Positions 27,857 to 32,000 of a DNA stretch of 32,000 bases are shown one piece after another (position 1 is the stretch's first letter; each line of letters opens with the position of its first letter). A program made the translations under genes and the position numbers. Below the pieces are notes generated by a model, which was not told the origin of the DNA, ran no database searches, and saw only the letters and a list, made by a program, of their open reading frames with translations. Source of the DNA: Zymomonas mobilis subsp. mobilis ATCC 10988 (lineage in GTDB: Bacteria; Pseudomonadota; Alphaproteobacteria; Sphingomonadales; Sphingomonadaceae); contig NC_017262.1 in NCBI RefSeq assembly GCF_000175255.2, positions 1,560,001-1,592,000 of the forward strand. Reading direction: 5' to 3'.

Positions 27857-29122
27857 ATGATTCCTTTTTCGCTGAAAAACGGCACGCTTTGTGTCGAAGA
27901 TATTCCGCTTCCTGAAATTGCTGCGCAATATGGAACGCCTTGTTATGTCTATTCCCATAGCTATCTGACCGAACGCGCGCGGCGTTTTACCAAAGCTCTG
28001 GATGGGGCAGGAAAAGGAAAAGCCTTGGTGGCTTTCGCGGTTAAAGCCAATCCGTCGCAAGCTATATTGGCTAGTTTCGCGAAAGAAGGCTTGGGCGCAG
28101 ATGTTGTTTCTGCCGGAGAAATTCGCCGCGCCGTTCATGCCGGTATTCCGCCAGAACGTATTGTCTTTTCCGGTGTCGGGAAAACCGCAGAAGAAATGCG
28201 TTATGCCCTCGAAATCGGTATCGGACAGTTTAACATTGAATCTGTTTCCGAAATTGAAATGCTGGCCGAAGTGGCGGCCTCGTTAGGGAAAAAAGCCGCT
28301 GTTGCTTTGCGGATAAACCCCGATGTTGATCCACATACCCATGCAAAAATTGCGACAGGAAAAGCGGATACCAAATTCGGTATCGCGGCTGAAGATGCTC
28401 TGTCCGCTTATGAAAAACTGGCCAGCTATCCATCCTTGAAAATACAAGGGATTGCTAGCCATATCGGAAGCCAGATTACGGATCTTGCGCCTTTTGAAGC
28501 CGCCGCTGAACGTATCTATGAAATCATTACCGCTTTGGAAAAAGCGGGTCACGCGATTGAAACCGCCGATTTAGGGGGTGGTCTGGGGGTTCGCTATAAA
28601 GACGATCAGCCCGAACCGCCCAGTATTGAAGCCTATGGTGAAATGATTAAACGCGTCACCAAAGGCTGGAATTGCCGCCTGATCTTTGAACCGGGGCGGT
28701 CATTGATTGCGAATGCAGGCATATTGTTATCGAAAGTTATTCGGGTCAAAGAAAGCAAAACGGCTCGTTTTGTTATTTTAGACGCGGCTATGAATGATCT
28801 GGTTCGTCCGACGCTTTATGATGCCTATCATGAAATAAAAGCCGTTACGCCAAGCGCGCAGGCTTATCAGGCGGATATTGTGGGTCCTGTTTGTGAAACA
28901 GGGGATATCTTTGCTCGAAATCGCTCTATTCCAGCTGTAAAACCGGATGATCTGGTCGCTATTATGTCTGCCGGCGCTTATGGCGCAACGATGGCAAGTG
29001 CGTATAATTCCCGTCCTCTGGTTGCAGAAGTGATGGTCTCTGGCAATAAATCGGCGCTTATCAGAAAACGGCAATCAGTCGAAGATTTGATGCGTGATGA
29101 ACAAAAAGTAGAATGGCTATAG
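27857..29122 (+). CDS. lysA: Diaminopimelate decarboxylase
   Basis: 421-aa ORF with YGTPCYVYSHSYL, AFAVKANPSQAIL, HIGSQI, DLGGGLGVRY, EPGRSLIANAG, GAYGATMASAYNSRPL. Confidence 0.98.
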   Translation: MIPFSLKNGTLCVEDIPLPEIAAQYGTPCYVYSHSYLTERARRFTKALDGAGKGKALVAFAVKANPSQAILASFAKEGLGADVVSAGEIRRAVHAGIPPERIVFSGVGKTAEEMRYALEIGIGQFNIESVSEIEMLAEVAASLGKKAAVALRINPDVDPHTHAKIATGKADTKFGIAAEDALSAYEKLASYPSLKIQGIASHIGSQITDLAPFEAAAERIYEIITALEKAGHAIETADLGGGLGVRYKDDQPEPPSIEAYGEMIKRVTKGWNCRLIFEPGRSLIANAGILLSKVIRVKESKTARFVILDAAMNDLVRPTLYDAYHEIKAVTPSAQAYQADIVGPVCETGDIFARNRSIPAVKPDDLVAIMSAGAYGATMASAYNSRPLVAEVMVSGNKSALIRKRQSVEDLMRDEQKVEWL

Positions 29123-29253
29123 GCCATCAGCTTATATTCATTTGCAACTTTTATGCTCAATCTTGCGTTATTCAAAGAGTCCCCTTGAAAAACAGAAAAC
29201 AGGGGATTATCTCTTTTGATTTACCTTTATTCTAACAGCAGAAAAGTTTTTTT

Positions 29254-30120
29254 ATGAAACCTGTCCGTAAAGCAATTTTCCCTGTTGCCGGCCAAGGCAC
29301 CCGCTTTTTGCCAGCAACCAAGGCCATGCCCAAGGAAATGCTGCCGGTCGTTGATCGCCCTTTGATTCAATATGCTGTCGATGAAGCACGGGCAGCCGGC
29401 ATTGAAGAACTGATCTTTGTTACCGGACGTGGCAAGCAGGCTATCGAAGATTATTTCGATATCGCCTACGAATTGGAAGTTTCTTTGGTTGCCAAGGGCA
29501 AAACCGAAATGCTGGATTTGCTGGAAGGTACGCGGGTGGCTCCGGGTCGTGCCTGTTTCATTCGACAACAGGAACCGTTGGGTTTAGGACATGCTGTCTG
29601 GTGCGCCCGTGATTTGATCGGCGATGAACCTTTTGCTGTTCTTTTGCCCGATGAATTACTTTGGAATCCTGAAAAACCCAGTCTGGTGCAATTGGTTGAG
29701 ACCTATAACCAGAAAGGGGGTAACGTCGTAACCGTGATGGAAGTCCCCGAAGAGCATACCCATCGTTATGGTATCGTTGACCCCGGTAAAACTGACGGCG
29801 AGGTTACCGAGGTGAAAGGTCTGGTTGAAAAACCGGAAAAAGCCCCTTCGCGGTTAGCCATGACGGGACGTTATATTCTCCAACCGGATATTATGCCTTT
29901 ATTGGCACAGGATAATCGCGGTGTCGGTGGTGAAATTCAGTTGACGGATTCGATGGCACAGCTGATCGGGAAGCAACCTTTTCACGCTTGTCGCTTTGGC
30001 GGTATTCGCCATGACTGCGGTGATAAGGCCGGATTTATTCAGGCAAATGTTGCGTTAGCCTTGGAAAGACCTGATATAGGCCCTGCGGTTAGAGACTATC
30101 TACATCGCCAAAATTTTTAA
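29254..30120 (+). CDS. galU: UTP--glucose-1-phosphate uridylyltransferase
   Basis: 288-aa ORF with KAIFPVAGQGTRFLPATKAMPKEMLPVVDRPLIQYAVDEA and GRGKQAIEDYFD. Confidence 0.97.
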   Translation: MKPVRKAIFPVAGQGTRFLPATKAMPKEMLPVVDRPLIQYAVDEARAAGIEELIFVTGRGKQAIEDYFDIAYELEVSLVAKGKTEMLDLLEGTRVAPGRACFIRQQEPLGLGHAVWCARDLIGDEPFAVLLPDELLWNPEKPSLVQLVETYNQKGGNVVTVMEVPEEHTHRYGIVDPGKTDGEVTEVKGLVEKPEKAPSRLAMTGRYILQPDIMPLLAQDNRGVGGEIQLTDSMAQLIGKQPFHACRFGGIRHDCGDKAGFIQANVALALERPDIGPAVRDYLHRQNF

Positions 30121-30155
30121 TCTAATGGATTAAGCCTTCTTTTCCTGACAGTAAG

Positions 30156-31178
30156 ATGGCCTCACAGAGGTTGGCAAAGAAGGCTGACCTTTGTCAGGGG
30201 CTTGTTGTGGAAATTAAGGCTTATCTCATTCGAAAAGATGGAAGCGTCGATGACATCAATGTCGAAAAGCTTTCATCTCTTCTCCCTTATGACAGCACTG
30301 ACAGTTTTATCTGGATACGCCTTCAAGACAAACCGGCGGCGGTTGCTGAATGGTTGAGGCACCATACCCAGATTATAGAACCAACGATTTCAGCTCTAAG
30401 TGCTGTTGAGACACGTCCTCGTTTTCAGATTATCGATTCTGGTGCCCTTATTAACCTTCGTGGTCTTGGTATTACGCCAAAAGATGACCCTGACGGGCTG
30501 ATATCCATCCGTCTTTGGGTCGAACATTCTGTGGTTATTTCCGTCTGTTTTGATGTCTTGGCGGCTAATAATTCCATTATTGATGCCATGAATAAGGGCG
30601 CGATCCATGACCCCGGCGATTTAATTGCCCTGATTGCTGAAAAAGTATCTGATACGCTTGATCCTGTCGTCGCCGCTTTGGGAGACCGGGTCGATAATTG
30701 TGAAGCCCGTCTTAGTTCGGATGATGCTTGGGAAATGCGCCGGATCATTGCTTCGGTGCGTTCACAGGCCATCAGCTATCGCCGCTTTGCGACACCGCAG
30801 CGTCAAGCCCTCGAAACAATGGCCAATTCTCATCTAGCTTGGTTAGCGGATGATGACCGTATTCATCTGCATGGGGCGGCTGATTGTTTTGCCCGTATGG
30901 CTGAAGAATTGGAAGCTATCCGAGAGCGCGCCGCTTTATTGCACGAACAACTAACCGATCTTCGGTCAGAACAAATAGATACACGCGGGTTATTACTTTC
31001 TATTGTTGCCCTCATCTTCTTACCCTTGACGTTTTTAACCGGATTATTGGGTATGAATGTTGCTGGTATCCCTTATGCCAATGCGCCTTGGGCATTTAAT
31101 GGGGTTATTGCAATTTGTGTCTTAATCGCGGTGGCTATCACGCTTTATTTTGTCCAAAAACAGTGGTTTCGTCGTTAA
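30156..31178 (+). CDS. CorA/ZntB-family divalent metal transporter
   Basis: 340-aa ORF ending with LTFLTGLLGMNVAGIPYANAPWAFNGVIAICVLIAVAITLYFVQKQWF (GMN-type motif and two C-terminal TM helices). Confidence 0.88.
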   Translation: MASQRLAKKADLCQGLVVEIKAYLIRKDGSVDDINVEKLSSLLPYDSTDSFIWIRLQDKPAAVAEWLRHHTQIIEPTISALSAVETRPRFQIIDSGALINLRGLGITPKDDPDGLISIRLWVEHSVVISVCFDVLAANNSIIDAMNKGAIHDPGDLIALIAEKVSDTLDPVVAALGDRVDNCEARLSSDDAWEMRRIIASVRSQAISYRRFATPQRQALETMANSHLAWLADDDRIHLHGAADCFARMAEELEAIRERAALLHEQLTDLRSEQIDTRGLLLSIVALIFLPLTFLTGLLGMNVAGIPYANAPWAFNGVIAICVLIAVAITLYFVQKQWFRR

Positions 31179-31386
31179 AGCCACAGAATGCCACTATAAA
31201 TGTGCCGATTTTTTCTTTCTATTGGCTATTTTCTCAACAGGTGATTATTGCATTCATAAAGGAAAATCGAAAAGTCTTGGATGTAAATCCGATGAATAAG
31301 ACGTTGATTTTTCATTTTTTTTAAATGCTATATCTTGGTAATATTGGAAGCATTGTGCTGACATCAAATAGAGGGGGCTTTCGCAG

Positions 31387-32000
31387 GTGAAGCACAAGTA
31401 TTTATATCGATCTTTTCTGTTTCAAGCCTGTTTTTTGTCAGCCATGCCTTTGTTCGCCCAAAATGTGATGACGAATGAAGCCGTTTCCGCACCGCAAACC
31501 AATGCCACCGGCAATGGACAGACAGCGAATGCTCCTCGTCCACAATCGCGCCGCGAAAATCTTAATTTAACGGAAAAACAGACCGCCTTTCTCAATCATT
31601 TGCTTGATAAGGCTGGGGATGATGGTCTGATCGGCGAGAAAAAAGAGGCCACTGCCCATCATTTGACGGGTGAAAGCCTGATTTCTGCCAGTCTTGATTA
31701 TGCGCGTGCTATTCACAGCGGGCGACTCTCTGCCAGTGATTTCGACAAAAATTGGGGTATGAAACCGGATCCTTACGATCCGTGGCCTGATTTTAAAAAC
31801 GCAGTTAATAATAACACTTTAGGCGACTGGGCTGCCAATTTACCGCCGCCTTACTCCGGTTATGCCGGTTTAAAAAATGGCCTGATCTATTATCGTGCTA
31901 TCGCTGAAAAAGGCGGTTGGCCGGTTGTCCCGACGGGTGCTGATCTTACGGTTGGTAGCGATAATCCACGGGTAAAAACTCTGCGTCGGCGAATCGCTAT
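31387..32000 (+). CDS. L,D-transpeptidase, YcbB-like scaffold (5' part only, runs off the window)
   Basis: GTG-started frame MKHKYLYRSFLFQACFLSAMPLFAQ..., LDYARAIHSGRLSASDFDKNWGMKPDPYDPWPDF, LPPPYSGYAGLKNGLIYYRAIAEKGGWPVVP. The catalytic domain lies outside the window; the frame is missing from the supplied ORF list. Confidence 0.75.
   Translation, partial: MKHKYLYRSFLFQACFLSAMPLFAQNVMTNEAVSAPQTNATGNGQTANAPRPQSRRENLNLTEKQTAFLNHLLDKAGDDGLIGEKKEATAHHLTGESLISASLDYARAIHSGRLSASDFDKNWGMKPDPYDPWPDFKNAVNNNTLGDWAANLPPPYSGYAGLKNGLIYYRAIAEKGGWPVVPTGADLTVGSDNPRVKTLRRRIA

Noticed and set aside
1-32000. CRISPR array, toxin-antitoxin pair, restriction system, retron or prophage
   Set aside because: I saw no regularly spaced repeats, no recognisable defence genes and no phage structural genes; the only mobile DNA recognised is the single IS5-family element.

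Overview
The window looks like ordinary chromosomal DNA from an alphaproteobacterium of the Sphingomonadales. Gene content and protein sequence suggest Zymomonas, but this is inference with no database check. Recognisable genes in order: cmk and aroA (- strand), a TIGR02300/FYDLN-type acidic protein, tRNA-Ala(GGC), a LysR regulator split by an in-frame TAA, ilvD, a GT39-like membrane protein, a fused ABC exporter, a secreted repeat-type protein split by an 849-bp IS5-family (IS427-like) element, a small conserved HTH-like protein, a membrane protein, an MscS-type channel, two tandem ABM-domain proteins, a DUF475/TerC-like membrane protein, a CDP-glycerol glycerophosphotransferase-like protein, an M1 aminopeptidase (pepN), a small membrane protein, tRNA-Ala(CGC), an aldo/keto reductase, a quinone oxidoreductase, a YqhD-like alcohol dehydrogenase, argH, a small lipoprotein, lysA, galU, a CorA/ZntB-like transporter, and the 5' part of a YcbB-like L,D-transpeptidase. 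The strongest observations are: (1) the IS insertion can be reversed exactly, with a CTAG target, TA duplication and an intact 615-aa host ORF restored; (2) the transposase appears to need a -1 frameshift and takes its stop codon from the target site; (3) the LysR gene is broken by a single in-frame stop; (4) two adjacent ABM paralogues differ in having a signal peptide. I found no CRISPR array, prophage, toxin-antitoxin pair or convincing new defence system.
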